Shown one piece after another: positions 45,983 through 55,426 of a stretch of DNA of 64,000 nt. Made by a program: the position numbers and the translations under genes. How positions within the stretch are numbered: position 1 is the first letter of the stretch; each line of letters begins with the position of its first letter. Source of the stretch: Candidatus Latescibacterota bacterium. Lineage in GTDB: Bacteria; Latescibacterota; UBA2968; UBA8231. The stretch spans positions 64,001 to 128,000 of the forward strand of contig CBDETK010000013.1 of the NCBI GenBank assembly GCA_965242865.1, read 5' to 3'. Under the pieces are notes generated by a model. The model saw only the letters and a program-made list of their open reading frames with translations. It searched no databases and was not told the origin of the DNA.

Positions 45983-46007
45983 CGTCGCTGACAAAATAGA
46001 TCGCCGC
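45983..46007 (-). promoter_or_regulatory. Second copy of the 25-bp element
   Basis: Identical to 44321-44345. Confidence 0.7.
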
Positions 46008-46104
46008 CTAAGCCCCGACAAGACGACCAGAGCACTTGGTGCTGTGCAGTTAGATTCGTACTCTTTCTCGTCCATGTCCCCAACTTACTTTCCAGCGAGG
46101 AATC

Positions 46105-47043
46105 ATGCCCCCTAGCCCCTCCCTTCCCTCCCATGCTTACGACTCCCTCATCGACCTCGCCCTGCGAGAAGACCTCGGCACCGTAGATGTCCAAGCAGAT
46201 CGCACCGCTGCTTGGACCGTGGCGGGCGATGCCGAAGCTCGCGCCCGCATCATCGCCCGCCAAGCCGGCGTCGTCGCCGGCATCGAAGTCGCCCGCGCAG
46301 TCTTTGCTCGTCTCGACGCGGGCGTTTCCGTGTGCGCCGAGGTGGCCGACGGGGACGCGGTCGCAGCAGGCCAGACCCTCGTCCGCTTGCAGGGCCGCGC
46401 CCGCTCGCTCTTGGCCGGGGAACGCACCGCGCTCAATTTCCTGCAACAGCTTTCGGGCGTAGCCACCCTGACCCAGTGCTATGTGAAAGCCCTAACCGGC
46501 ACGGCCACGCGCATCACCGACACCCGCAAAACTACCCCGGGCTGGCGGCACTTGCAGAAGTGGGCCGTGCGCTTGGGCGGCGGCGTCAATCACCGCATGG
46601 GCCTGTACGACGCCGTGCTGATCAAGGAAAACCACGCCGCGGCCGCTGGGGGCGTTGGCGCGGCCATCCGTGCGGCACGGGGCCAAGCAGCCCCGATTTA
46701 CGTGGAGGCCGAAACGCTCGCGGAAGTGGAGGAGGCCCTAGCGGGCGGCCCGGACCGCATCCTGCTCGACAACATGGACGCGCCGACCCTGCGCCGGGCC
46801 GCAACGCTCATCCGCGCCGCCAATCCCAGCATTGAGATTGAGGCCACCGGCGGGTACACCTTGGCGACCGTGCGCGAGGCCGCCGCGGCCGGGGTGGACT
46901 TCGTGTCGATCGGGGCCTTGACGCATTCGGCGCCGGCGTTGGATCTAAGCATGCTTTTTGGGGAATATAGCAATCCTACGTCATTCAAGACTGGCTTCCC
47001 GCCCCGTGTCGGAGCACGGGGTGACGTTCTTTTGCGGGAATGA
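46105..47043 (+). CDS. nadC: Nicotinate-nucleotide pyrophosphorylase (quinolinate phosphoribosyltransferase)
   Basis: ERTALNFLQ, DTRKTTPG, NHRMGLYDAVLIKENH, ILLDN and SIGALTHSA motifs. Confidence 0.95.
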   Translation: MPPSPSLPSHAYDSLIDLALREDLGTVDVQADRTAAWTVAGDAEARARIIARQAGVVAGIEVARAVFARLDAGVSVCAEVADGDAVAAGQTLVRLQGRARSLLAGERTALNFLQQLSGVATLTQCYVKALTGTATRITDTRKTTPGWRHLQKWAVRLGGGVNHRMGLYDAVLIKENHAAAAGGVGAAIRAARGQAAPIYVEAETLAEVEEALAGGPDRILLDNMDAPTLRRAATLIRAANPSIEIEATGGYTLATVREAAAAGVDFVSIGALTHSAPALDLSMLFGEYSNPTSFKTGFPPRVGARGDVLLRE

Positions 47044-47107
47044 TGACGCGAGCACGGCCTCCCATTTCGCGGGATGGGCGATGAACTAGCCCGGCGGCGG
47101 CGAGAAG

Positions 47108-47399
47108 ATGAGCACATACAGACAGCTACCCGGTCCACCACAACTACCGCTCGTTGGCAACGCGCATCAGATTCGCCCGTCGCGGATGCACGAAATTTTG
47201 GAGAACTGGGCCGATCGCTATGGCCCGTTCTATCGGATCAAGGCCGGGCACAGTCGGCGTGCCCGGATTGTTCGTCGCAGAGGGCGACGACTGGGTGCAG
47301 CAACGTCCTATCTTTGAAGGCGCGTTGAACGTTGTAACGCCAAGTGCGTTCAATCCCAAGATAGCGGTCAGTTTGGCCCGAGTACGCGACAAGTGGTAG
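47108..47399 (+). pseudogene. Cytochrome P450 N-terminal remnant
   Basis: LPGPPQLPLVGNAHQI...WADRYGPFYRI, then in another frame GLFVAEGDDWVQQR; no heme-binding region. Confidence 0.7.
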
Positions 47400-47408
47400 G
47401 TCGCCTCG

Positions 47409-49403
47409 TCAAATCTGCGTCAAAAAGCTGCCCATCTGCCCCGTGATGTAATCGGCCACCAGCCAAAGGCCGGCCGCGACCACTTCCCCGAGAATCAGCC
47501 CCAGAAAAAACGGACGCAGGCTCCGGTATAGCCGCGGCCCCCCATACTTGAGAATCACCAGCTTGAGCAGCCAAGCGATGAGCGCGCTGGCAAAGATGTG
47601 GCCGGTTTTCCAGTTCGCGCTGATGGCGTAGCCGAGCGGGTTAAGCGGCCACCACAGCAGGTGGTGCCGCACCCACATTAGCAAGGCCATCACTCCGCCG
47701 CCGATCCCCATGAACAGCCACGCATCGAGGCGCGGGCCGGTCCATGCCGCCGCAATGCGCGGGGCCATGTCCTTGGGGCCGTACGTGGCGGCCCCCCAGC
47801 CAAAGAACAGGCCGTTGAGGTTGATGCCGCCGTATTGGTACGCCAACGCCATAGTGACGTACGAAGAGCCGACCAAGCTGACCACAATGGCGATGATCAC
47901 CGCCCAGAACAGCCGCCGCTTCCCGCCCTTGATCGCCTCGCTCATCTTCAGGCCATTGGCGACCGACGACATTACAAACGAGCGGATTTCCGAGTGCCAG
48001 CCATAAGAAAACCCCAAGGCCACCAAGCCAGAGGCTCCCAAGCTCGAAGCCCCGGCCCCGGAAATCACAAAGGTCGAGGTCATAATGGGGGGACGCATCG
48101 CTGGAATACCTCCTTCGGCGACCACCCGCGTCAGGCCCAAAAACAGCACCATGGCCCCAAAGACAAACAGCACCACGCCCAACGGCGGCAGCCCGGCCAT
48201 CCACAGGCCCAATCCCACCAAACCAAGCGACGCCAACAAGCCCGAGGTCGCCTGCCGATACGACAGGATTTCGTCGGCATCTGCTACGGCCGGATCGCCG
48301 GACCACGCCTTGCGCCACACGGCCCGCAAATGCCCGCGCGCCACCCACAGCCCGATCAGCACAAAGACGATCATCGCGCCCATGCCCTGATGGGCTAGGT
48401 AGGGCTCCCGCGAGTACAGATCCATCCGCTCGGTGCTTTGCAGGCCGAGGACGTTAAAGACCCCCCGTTGCACCGTGGTCAGGAGGTAGAACACCCAGAT
48501 AGACGCGGAAATATCCAAGTTGACAAAGTAAAAGAAGCCGATCCAAGGCGGGCTAAACCACAAGTCCAAGCGCACGCTATCGCGGAACAGGGGAAGCGAC
48601 GCACGCCGCGCTAGCTCGGGCACCTCTGGGAAATAGGCGTGTAAGCCGTTGACGCTGAGCAAGACGAAGGCAAACGCAAACCCCAGCCACATCGCCTTGT
48701 TGACAAAAAACGCACGCCCAATAGCTCGCCCTTGCTCGCGCTGGATCATCTCCATCGGCACTTGGACCAACGGATACGCCAGCTTCTCCCGATCGACCCA
48801 TTGCCGGCGCAGAATGACCATCGTGCAAATCATGGCGGCACTGAGTGCCAAGAAGAAGCCGTACCAATAGGTCAGCGGCAGCACCCACGCGCCCCAGGGG
48901 ATGGCGACCCCTTCGGGCAGCCCCTCAAAGAAGTAGCGTGCAACGTTTTCGCCGTGCGGGATCATCCACGTGGGGATGTACTGGTTGTATAAAAAGTCCC
49001 AGTTGTTCTCCGGCGTCGCGTAGTACGTAGAGCCGACCAAACAGGGAATGATAAATTGAGTAAACCCCATCCCGGGAATGCAGCAGGCGACTACCAACAT
49101 GACGTAGATGGTAATCAGCTCGGATTGGGTCAGGGCCAGAGAGCGGCGCAGGCAGTACACCAAGCCGCTGGCCGGTACTAAGAAAAAGAAGAAGAAGAGC
49201 GCGGCCGGTGTACTAAAATTTAAGGTGAGGTACGAGCCGCGAATGATGGTCGTGGCGTACGCGTCTAAACCATTGAGCAGCAAGGCGAGCACCGCGCCGA
49301 TTAGGATGCCCCGCGCCGAGATGCCGGCGCCATCCTGCGGCCCTTCCCCGGCCGAGTGCATCCATTCGAGGTATGCTGGAGGAATCCGCTTTTTCAATTC
49401 CAT
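47409..49403 (-). CDS. DUF6785/DUF6784-type polytopic membrane protein (paralogue 2)
   Basis: RRQWVDREKLAYPLVQVP, WWPLNPLGY and LKYGG...RPFFLGLILGE motifs. Confidence 0.75.
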   Translation of the reverse strand: MELKKRIPPAYLEWMHSAGEGPQDGAGISARGILIGAVLALLLNGLDAYATTIIRGSYLTLNFSTPAALFFFFFLVPASGLVYCLRRSLALTQSELITIYVMLVVACCIPGMGFTQFIIPCLVGSTYYATPENNWDFLYNQYIPTWMIPHGENVARYFFEGLPEGVAIPWGAWVLPLTYWYGFFLALSAAMICTMVILRRQWVDREKLAYPLVQVPMEMIQREQGRAIGRAFFVNKAMWLGFAFAFVLLSVNGLHAYFPEVPELARRASLPLFRDSVRLDLWFSPPWIGFFYFVNLDISASIWVFYLLTTVQRGVFNVLGLQSTERMDLYSREPYLAHQGMGAMIVFVLIGLWVARGHLRAVWRKAWSGDPAVADADEILSYRQATSGLLASLGLVGLGLWMAGLPPLGVVLFVFGAMVLFLGLTRVVAEGGIPAMRPPIMTSTFVISGAGASSLGASGLVALGFSYGWHSEIRSFVMSSVANGLKMSEAIKGGKRRLFWAVIIAIVVSLVGSSYVTMALAYQYGGINLNGLFFGWGAATYGPKDMAPRIAAAWTGPRLDAWLFMGIGGGVMALLMWVRHHLLWWPLNPLGYAISANWKTGHIFASALIAWLLKLVILKYGGPRLYRSLRPFFLGLILGEVVAAGLWLVADYITGQMGSFLTQI

Positions 49404-49430
49404 TTGCCTCGGCCATGGTTCAAACAGTAC

Positions 49431-49760
49431 CTATTCGGCTGCAACCGCCTTTTCCAAGACTTCTTGAATGTAACCATTCAAGTTGAGGTGCCGACGAGCA
49501 GCGTTCAAAGTCATGCGACGATGGAGTTCAGGACTTGCTTGAATCACGATTTTGCCCGAGAAAGGTTCTTCCGGTGCCCTTCCTTGTTCTTGGCAAAACG
49601 CAAGGTACTCTTCAATTGACCGCTGCATCTCTTTTTTAAGTTCCGTTACCGATGATCCGTAAAACGAAATCACGTCGTTTGTGTTGATCACCGTTCCGTG
49701 AAATGTGTCAATTTCCGAATCAAACGAAACCACTCCCAGATACCCTTTGTATTCGATCAC
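49431..49760 (-). CDS. hicB: HicB family antitoxin
   Basis: YKGYLG...EELKKEM-like helix, PFSGK...PELHRR. Confidence 0.9.
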   Translation of the reverse strand: MIEYKGYLGVVSFDSEIDTFHGTVINTNDVISFYGSSVTELKKEMQRSIEEYLAFCQEQGRAPEEPFSGKIVIQASPELHRRMTLNAARRHLNLNGYIQEVLEKAVAAE

Positions 49761-50011
49761 GGCCTAACTCCTGCATTTTCGAGGAACCTTCGCAGATCTC
49801 GTACTGCGCCCTTGTCCATATTTGGACTCGGATGTGGACGATGAAAAACAGCAAAGCTATCGTTCAGCGATACAGCAATTCTCGATCCCGCCCGTTCACT
49901 CAAGACGGCACCCAAGGTTTGCAACAATGCTTCGACATCACGCCATTTGATATTGCCTGATATCGGCTGTGCAAATATATCATTGAATGTTTTCCTATGG
50001 CGTTTATTCAT
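49757..50011 (-). CDS. hicA: HicA family toxin
   Basis: NIKWRDVEALL...GSR...FHRPHP; overlaps the hicB start. Confidence 0.9.
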   Translation of the reverse strand: MNKRHRKTFNDIFAQPISGNIKWRDVEALLQTLGAVLSERAGSRIAVSLNDSFAVFHRPHPSPNMDKGAVRDLRRFLENAGVRP

Positions 50012-50072
50012 TTCGACAATATGCCACTGCGGCGACCGACGCGCAATGGTGCTTTCGCAGAGCTCGCGCTAA

Positions 50073-52595
50073 TCAGTACGCGCTGGCGATGAGTTTGGTG
50101 ATCGTCGTTTGTTCGCCTTCGGCATCTACTTCCACGCCGACCCGACACAAATACAGGCCCGGAGGCGTCAGACGGCCCTGATCGTCGCGCCCGTCCCACG
50201 TCAATCGTTGCACGCCAGCCGCCGATGCGACCACCGGGGCTTGGTGCCGCACGCGCTGGCCGTCTAAGCCATACACTTCTAGCACCAACGCCTTGGTGCT
50301 CTGCACCGCGAACACCGGGAACACCAATTCCACTACGTCGTTGATTCCGTCCCCGTTGGGCGTAAACGGATTGGCCGACGCGATCACCTCGCCCAACAGG
50401 CCGCCGCTCAATGGGGTCAGCACCTGCAAGCTGCGGCTGGCCTTGGCATCTACGCGCTGCCACACCCGCTCGTCGCCCTCGCCCAAACCCACTTGCGCGG
50501 CAAACGCATTGCTGGCGAGGTAAAGCGCGCCCGAAAATTGCAACGAGACCAACTCGGCTTGGTCGGTCACGGGCGCGGGCAGCCGCACCCACAGCGAATC
50601 CGCCTCGGTCGGCCGCCTCGTCGCGGGGACGCGCGCCGCGCCGACTACCACTTCTTCCAGCTCAACCGTCGCCCCGCGCGGCAATACCACGAGCACTTGG
50701 TCGAAGCCGCGATTGTCGGCTTGGAACTGCGGCTGCAAAGACAGGGTGAAGGAGGTGCGCTCCCCGCGCTGCTCGGTCTGCCGCGGCTGGACCTCGCCCA
50801 GGACTTGGCTGGCTAAGGGCCAATCCAATGCGATGTGCAGCTGGCGCAACAACGCGCCTTGTCCGGGATCGTCCGAGCGCAGCGTGGCCTCCACTAGGGC
50901 GTAGCGGCGCGGGCTGGGCGAGGCAATCGGCGCGTCCGGGGCCGCGTAGAACGGACTCCAAGAACTCCAGTCGGCACCTGGGACGACCGACACGGTCGAA
51001 TCGCCGCGCTGAAAGCTGAGCAGCTTGCGATATTGGGCCGCGGTCACCTCTTTCCCGGTCGTGGTGAAGTAGTGGATTTCCTCGTTGAGCTGATTGCCGG
51101 TGCGGGTGCGAAATTGCACTTGAGTGCCCGGGGGGGTGTCGGCGGCCCAGTGAATGGAAGACAGGATGCGCGGGTCGCGGCCCAGCTCCATAAGCCCCGA
51201 TTGGAGCGTCACCTGCGGAAGAAAGCCGCGCCCGTAAAGCTGGAGCTCGCGGATGCCGGCGTTGGCCCAATTCGGGACGATGAGCACCCGGTAATCCATC
51301 TTAAAGTAGCGCGCCTTGGTGAGCGGAAAGGCGTTGTCCTGATAAAAGATGTGGGGGAATAACCCGCTGAAGCGGCCCGGCTCCTGATCGGCGGTTTCCC
51401 GCACGGCCAGCGCAAGGTACGACAGGCTGCCGTCTGGGTTGCGCTGCCCAGTTGAGAGGTTGATGGCGTAGTTGGGGAACGCGCCGGTAAAGCCGTGGGC
51501 AATGTTTTCGCGGTCAAAGCCGATGACCACGCGGCTGATCCAGAACCAAGTCCCCAAGTCGAAGAGGAGCTCGCGGTCGAACTCCACGTCGATGTGCTCG
51601 CCGCCGCTGACGCCCACTTGCTCGGGCCACACGGTCTTGTAGTTGCCGTCCACGGCCAAGCGTTCCGTCCCGCTGTTGCTCGTGCCCCCGATCAACCCAC
51701 CTCGGCGCAGCGCGCCTAAGCTGATGTTGTCGCCTTGGGTCCATACCTCGACCTCGGCCAGCCGCGGTCGCTCTCGTCGATAGTACTGAATCGGGCCAGC
51801 GCGCTCGGCACTCAGTGCGGCGTGTTGGGCGCGATCGATCGGTCGCAAAACGCCCGAGGACTCGCGCAAGAAGTAGAGCACATCGCCGCGCTCTTCAGCC
51901 GGCAAGCTGTGCCAGCGGGCCTCGCTGACTTCGTGCCCTTGGCCGCGGGCGCTGGCCGTGGCCACGATCTGGACGAACTGGAACATGTCGCCGACAAAGC
52001 CGGCGTCCGCTTCCTGCGAGGGCTTCAGCTCAAACTCAAAGACGCGCTGGGTTTTGTTCAAGCCTTCGCTGTGGCCGGCTGGCGAGAAGCGGAGGGCCTT
52101 GCTCTGGGAAAAAGCCGGGAGGCCGTTGGAGGTGAGCACCTTGAATTGCAGAAAAGGATCGCCCAAGCCTTCGGGGGCGAATTTGACCACGATCTTGTGT
52201 GCCCACACCAAGCGGCCCAAGTCGATTTCGACCCACCAATCGCGGAGGGGGGCGTCCAAGTCCGGCTCCCAGAAGGTTTGCGCTTGGCCATCTATGACTT
52301 GGCCGGCCTCGGCCGCGTTGACGCCCGCGGCTCGGACGCCGCCCGGCACGCCGTCGTCGGACGCAAAGTTCGGAGCGTCTAGCGCGGCGTTGATTTGCTC
52401 GCGAATCAGGTGCGGCCGCACCCCTTGCGGGCCGAATTGCACCGTGCCCGCGGCCACCTCCCATTGCGCCCAGTCGCTTTCGTCAACGGCGACTCGGTCC
52501 GCTTCGAGGCGGTAGCCTTGGGGCCACGCGGGCGCGGCGAGCAGCAGGGCGCAAACGAGGATCACGCGCGGCTTTCCTCGCGTACTGGCTGGCAT
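50073..52595 (-). CDS. Secreted protein with discoidin-like domains and FlgD-Ig/TPNGDG C-terminal domain (paralogue 3)
   Basis: Signal peptide; two DLG jelly-roll motifs; RTRTG...WSSWS...SPSPRRY; FTPNGDGIND...WDGRD...PGLY. Confidence 0.75.
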   Translation of the reverse strand: MPASTRGKPRVILVCALLLAAPAWPQGYRLEADRVAVDESDWAQWEVAAGTVQFGPQGVRPHLIREQINAALDAPNFASDDGVPGGVRAAGVNAAEAGQVIDGQAQTFWEPDLDAPLRDWWVEIDLGRLVWAHKIVVKFAPEGLGDPFLQFKVLTSNGLPAFSQSKALRFSPAGHSEGLNKTQRVFEFELKPSQEADAGFVGDMFQFVQIVATASARGQGHEVSEARWHSLPAEERGDVLYFLRESSGVLRPIDRAQHAALSAERAGPIQYYRRERPRLAEVEVWTQGDNISLGALRRGGLIGGTSNSGTERLAVDGNYKTVWPEQVGVSGGEHIDVEFDRELLFDLGTWFWISRVVIGFDRENIAHGFTGAFPNYAINLSTGQRNPDGSLSYLALAVRETADQEPGRFSGLFPHIFYQDNAFPLTKARYFKMDYRVLIVPNWANAGIRELQLYGRGFLPQVTLQSGLMELGRDPRILSSIHWAADTPPGTQVQFRTRTGNQLNEEIHYFTTTGKEVTAAQYRKLLSFQRGDSTVSVVPGADWSSWSPFYAAPDAPIASPSPRRYALVEATLRSDDPGQGALLRQLHIALDWPLASQVLGEVQPRQTEQRGERTSFTLSLQPQFQADNRGFDQVLVVLPRGATVELEEVVVGAARVPATRRPTEADSLWVRLPAPVTDQAELVSLQFSGALYLASNAFAAQVGLGEGDERVWQRVDAKASRSLQVLTPLSGGLLGEVIASANPFTPNGDGINDVVELVFPVFAVQSTKALVLEVYGLDGQRVRHQAPVVASAAGVQRLTWDGRDDQGRLTPPGLYLCRVGVEVDAEGEQTTITKLIASAY

Positions 52596-53275
52596 GCCGC
52601 GATGAATTCCTCGGCCGTGGTGGTATAGCCGATCAGGTGTTCAAAGTTGCGCAGCGTGATCCGGTTGATCCAACCGCCTTCCGGCAGGCTGTCGTCTAGC
52701 GTGTCGGGCATCTCGATCGTACCGGGGGCGTTTGAACAATCGCGCAAGAGAATGACGCGGTAATTCCTCCCCACGGCTTCGGCGCAGGTGTAGTGCAAGC
52801 AGGCCCGCCGGCTGTACCCCACGACGAACAGCGTCCGAATGCCATAGCTGCGTAGGTGCTGGTCCAAGAAGGTGTCGTGGAAGCCACTCCAGATCCACTT
52901 GGGAAAATTGCGCTCGTCGGCGCGGGGGGCCACGCAGTCGAGGTATTCGGGCTTGTATTCTTGCCGCGCCCAGCTTGCAATGCCGTTGTCGCCGCTGGGT
53001 TCCTTGGTCTTGCCCCAGATCTCGCCCACGATGTTGCCGGGGTCGGCCACCAAGCGCAGGTCGTTGTGGACGTAGTTGACCAACATCTTGCGGTCGCGGG
53101 CGGCCTGCAAAGCCGGCGCGATGAAGTTTTTGGTGGTTGGATTGGGCGACCGCCCATCGACATCGACTAAGAGAAAGGCGCACTCGGCGAACTGCAGGGT
53201 CAGGGTCTCGTACCCGTAGTCGTACCCGCCGGGGTAATCCTTGTAGTAGCGAATGGGGATTTGAATGGTGGTCAT
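52562..53275 (-). CDS. Isochorismatase/cysteine hydrolase family protein
   Basis: LLVDVD, FPKWIWSGF and VGYSRRAC (Asp-Lys-Cys triad); start MTTIQ after AGGAGG. Confidence 0.8.
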   Translation of the reverse strand: MTTIQIPIRYYKDYPGGYDYGYETLTLQFAECAFLLVDVDGRSPNPTTKNFIAPALQAARDRKMLVNYVHNDLRLVADPGNIVGEIWGKTKEPSGDNGIASWARQEYKPEYLDCVAPRADERNFPKWIWSGFHDTFLDQHLRSYGIRTLFVVGYSRRACLHYTCAEAVGRNYRVILLRDCSNAPGTIEMPDTLDDSLPEGGWINRITLRNFEHLIGYTTTAEEFIAACQPVREESRA

Positions 53276-53304
53276 GGCTGGCCTCCTTGGTGGTGAATGC
53301 TCCG

Positions 53305-55227
53305 TTAGTAAACGACCGCGATGGTCCCCGCTCGCTGATCGCCGCCTTTTTCCGACTCCACGGCTAGGCGATACACGTACAGGCCCGGGGGCACCCGCTC
53401 GCCGCTTTCGTCGCGGCCATCCCAAGAAAAGCGCAGGCCGCCGCTGTGCTGGTGCCCGTCGTGGATCACCCGCCGCGAGCGGCCAGACAGGTCGAAGACC
53501 GCGAGGCGCAAGGGCACTTCTTGGGTCACCTGCAACAGCTTAAACGAAAAGTGAATCTGCTCGTTGATCCCGTCGCCATTGGGCGTGGCGATTTTTGGCT
53601 GCACGGTTAGATCGTCGAGCAGGCGACGGGAAATCGAGGTGCGGACCGTGAGGACCTCGCTGGCGATCTCGCGGGCCGCATCGCCGCGATTGATGGGTTG
53701 CGCCAGCTCTAGAGGACGCTGGGTATCCCGCACCCAGCCGCGGAACGTGGTGCCGTAGCGCAGCACTGGAGCGCGGAAGAAGATCTCGACCACCCCGCCG
53801 GAATCCCCGGCCGTGCGCGGGGGAAACAGGGCCACTGAGAAGCGCAGCGAATCCGGCGCGATGGCCACGGCAAAGCTATCCAAGCCGGTGGCCCGCACCG
53901 AATCCACGCCGGCCACGCCAAAGGGCGCGGCGATTTCCACCGCGTCAAAACCAGCGTGCTGGGCGCGGATGATGGGCGAAATGGCATACCGAAACGACGC
54001 GATTTCGCCCAAGGCGACTTCCGGGGGATAGATTTCGCCCAACACCTCCTCGGCGAGCGGCGGCTTGGTGGCCGAGAATTCAATGAACTCCACCTCGCCG
54101 CCCTCGCTGCCTACGGGCAAAAAATCGACCCGCAGTTGAAGGACCGAGTTGGGGCCGGGCGAGGCAATGGGCGTGCCGCTGCTGTCGGCAAAAGCGTAGG
54201 GCGACGACCAAAAGCTCCAGTTGTCTGTGTCGTAAGTGATTTCGCCGGCTTCGCCCGGTTTGAGCAAGAGATAATCGGTCGCGTCGAGGGGCTGGCCCGC
54301 TTCGTCGAGCGACGTTGTTTCGTCGCCCCGGCCGGTAAAGCGCCAGTACACGTTTGGATCGAGGTCGTTCCCCGTCCGCGATTGGATCCAGACGCGGGCG
54401 CGAGGGTCCTGGCGCCCGCGCCAGCGGATGTCGCCCCACACGGCCGGCTCCCCGAGGTCGATAAACGGGCCGACGTACGAGGCTTGGTGGGCGTAGCCCA
54501 CGCCATAGACCTCCAATTCGCCGATGCGCAGGGCCTTGGGCGACGCGCGGTAGAGCAACAGGCCCACGCTGCGGGCGAGGGCCGGCGGAAAGCGCACGTC
54601 AATGGTGTCCTGCACGTTTTCGGGTAGCTCGACCACGAGTTGGCCGCCGAGGCGGGCGGCACCATACCCGGATACGTTGTCCTTTTTTTGCACGCCTAAA
54701 TCGGCGGTCACATCGAGCCTGTCGGGATATAGCCCGCTCTCCGCGGCCACGATCCGCACCCTGTTGACAAAGAACAGGCCGCCGAGGTCCAGGGTGACGC
54801 GCCGCGTCTCCAAGTAGCGTTGGCCGGTGAAGCGGCTCTGAATGCCCTCGACCCATTCCCAGAACGTGGCGAGCTCGGCGTCGATCATGTTTTTGGAGAG
54901 ATCGGTGATGGAATAGCTCGCGACCCCGCTCACCCGCACGTACGGCCCCCCGCGGCGGTCCGCGCTGGTCAGGGCGATGTTCGTCGCCGGCGTCAAAAAG
55001 ATCGGCCGCAGCACACCGGCCGCGAGGGCTGCCGGGTCGAGGCTTTGTTCCTCCTCAAAGTCGCTCCAAGATAGTTGATGGAAATTCACGCCGGCTTGGG
55101 TTGGCCGCGGTACGTCCTCGCCGCCGATGCGATAGATCTCCACGGCCCCGCCCGTTCCGGCCGCGAGAGCCGCGAAGGCGAAAGCGGCCGCGAGTAGGGG
55201 CCGCACTTTATGGTCGTTCAAATACAC
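53305..55227 (-). CDS. Secreted FlgD-Ig/TPNGDG-CTD protein (paralogue 2)
   Basis: Signal peptide, LDLGGLFFVNRV, SRTG...WSFWSSPY, ATPNGDGINE...WDGRD...PGLY. Confidence 0.75.
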   Translation of the reverse strand: MYLNDHKVRPLLAAAFAFAALAAGTGGAVEIYRIGGEDVPRPTQAGVNFHQLSWSDFEEEQSLDPAALAAGVLRPIFLTPATNIALTSADRRGGPYVRVSGVASYSITDLSKNMIDAELATFWEWVEGIQSRFTGQRYLETRRVTLDLGGLFFVNRVRIVAAESGLYPDRLDVTADLGVQKKDNVSGYGAARLGGQLVVELPENVQDTIDVRFPPALARSVGLLLYRASPKALRIGELEVYGVGYAHQASYVGPFIDLGEPAVWGDIRWRGRQDPRARVWIQSRTGNDLDPNVYWRFTGRGDETTSLDEAGQPLDATDYLLLKPGEAGEITYDTDNWSFWSSPYAFADSSGTPIASPGPNSVLQLRVDFLPVGSEGGEVEFIEFSATKPPLAEEVLGEIYPPEVALGEIASFRYAISPIIRAQHAGFDAVEIAAPFGVAGVDSVRATGLDSFAVAIAPDSLRFSVALFPPRTAGDSGGVVEIFFRAPVLRYGTTFRGWVRDTQRPLELAQPINRGDAAREIASEVLTVRTSISRRLLDDLTVQPKIATPNGDGINEQIHFSFKLLQVTQEVPLRLAVFDLSGRSRRVIHDGHQHSGGLRFSWDGRDESGERVPPGLYVYRLAVESEKGGDQRAGTIAVVY

Positions 55228-55245
55228 TTGTTGCCTTCATTCTCT

Positions 55246-55405
55246 GGACTCCCGCTTTCGCGGGAGCGACACCTATTGCGAGCCTTGCGCTCTCGCGGGC
55301 GAGAATCCAGCTCTGTACGGGACGGCCTCCGTGCCGTCCCTCCCGTCATTTGTATGTTGCGTCCGCGTTTCCGATTGGCCACTCCCACGCACGCGGAAAT
55401 CCAGC
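55246..55405. repeat. Cluster of REP-like palindromes
   Basis: GGACTCCCGCTTTCGCGGGAG, GTACGGGACGGCCTCCGTGCCGTCCC (same family as the 5669 array) and CACTCCCACGCACGCGGAAATCCAG. Confidence 0.7.
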
Positions 55406-55426
55406 CCTTGCCTTTGTCCGCACCTA

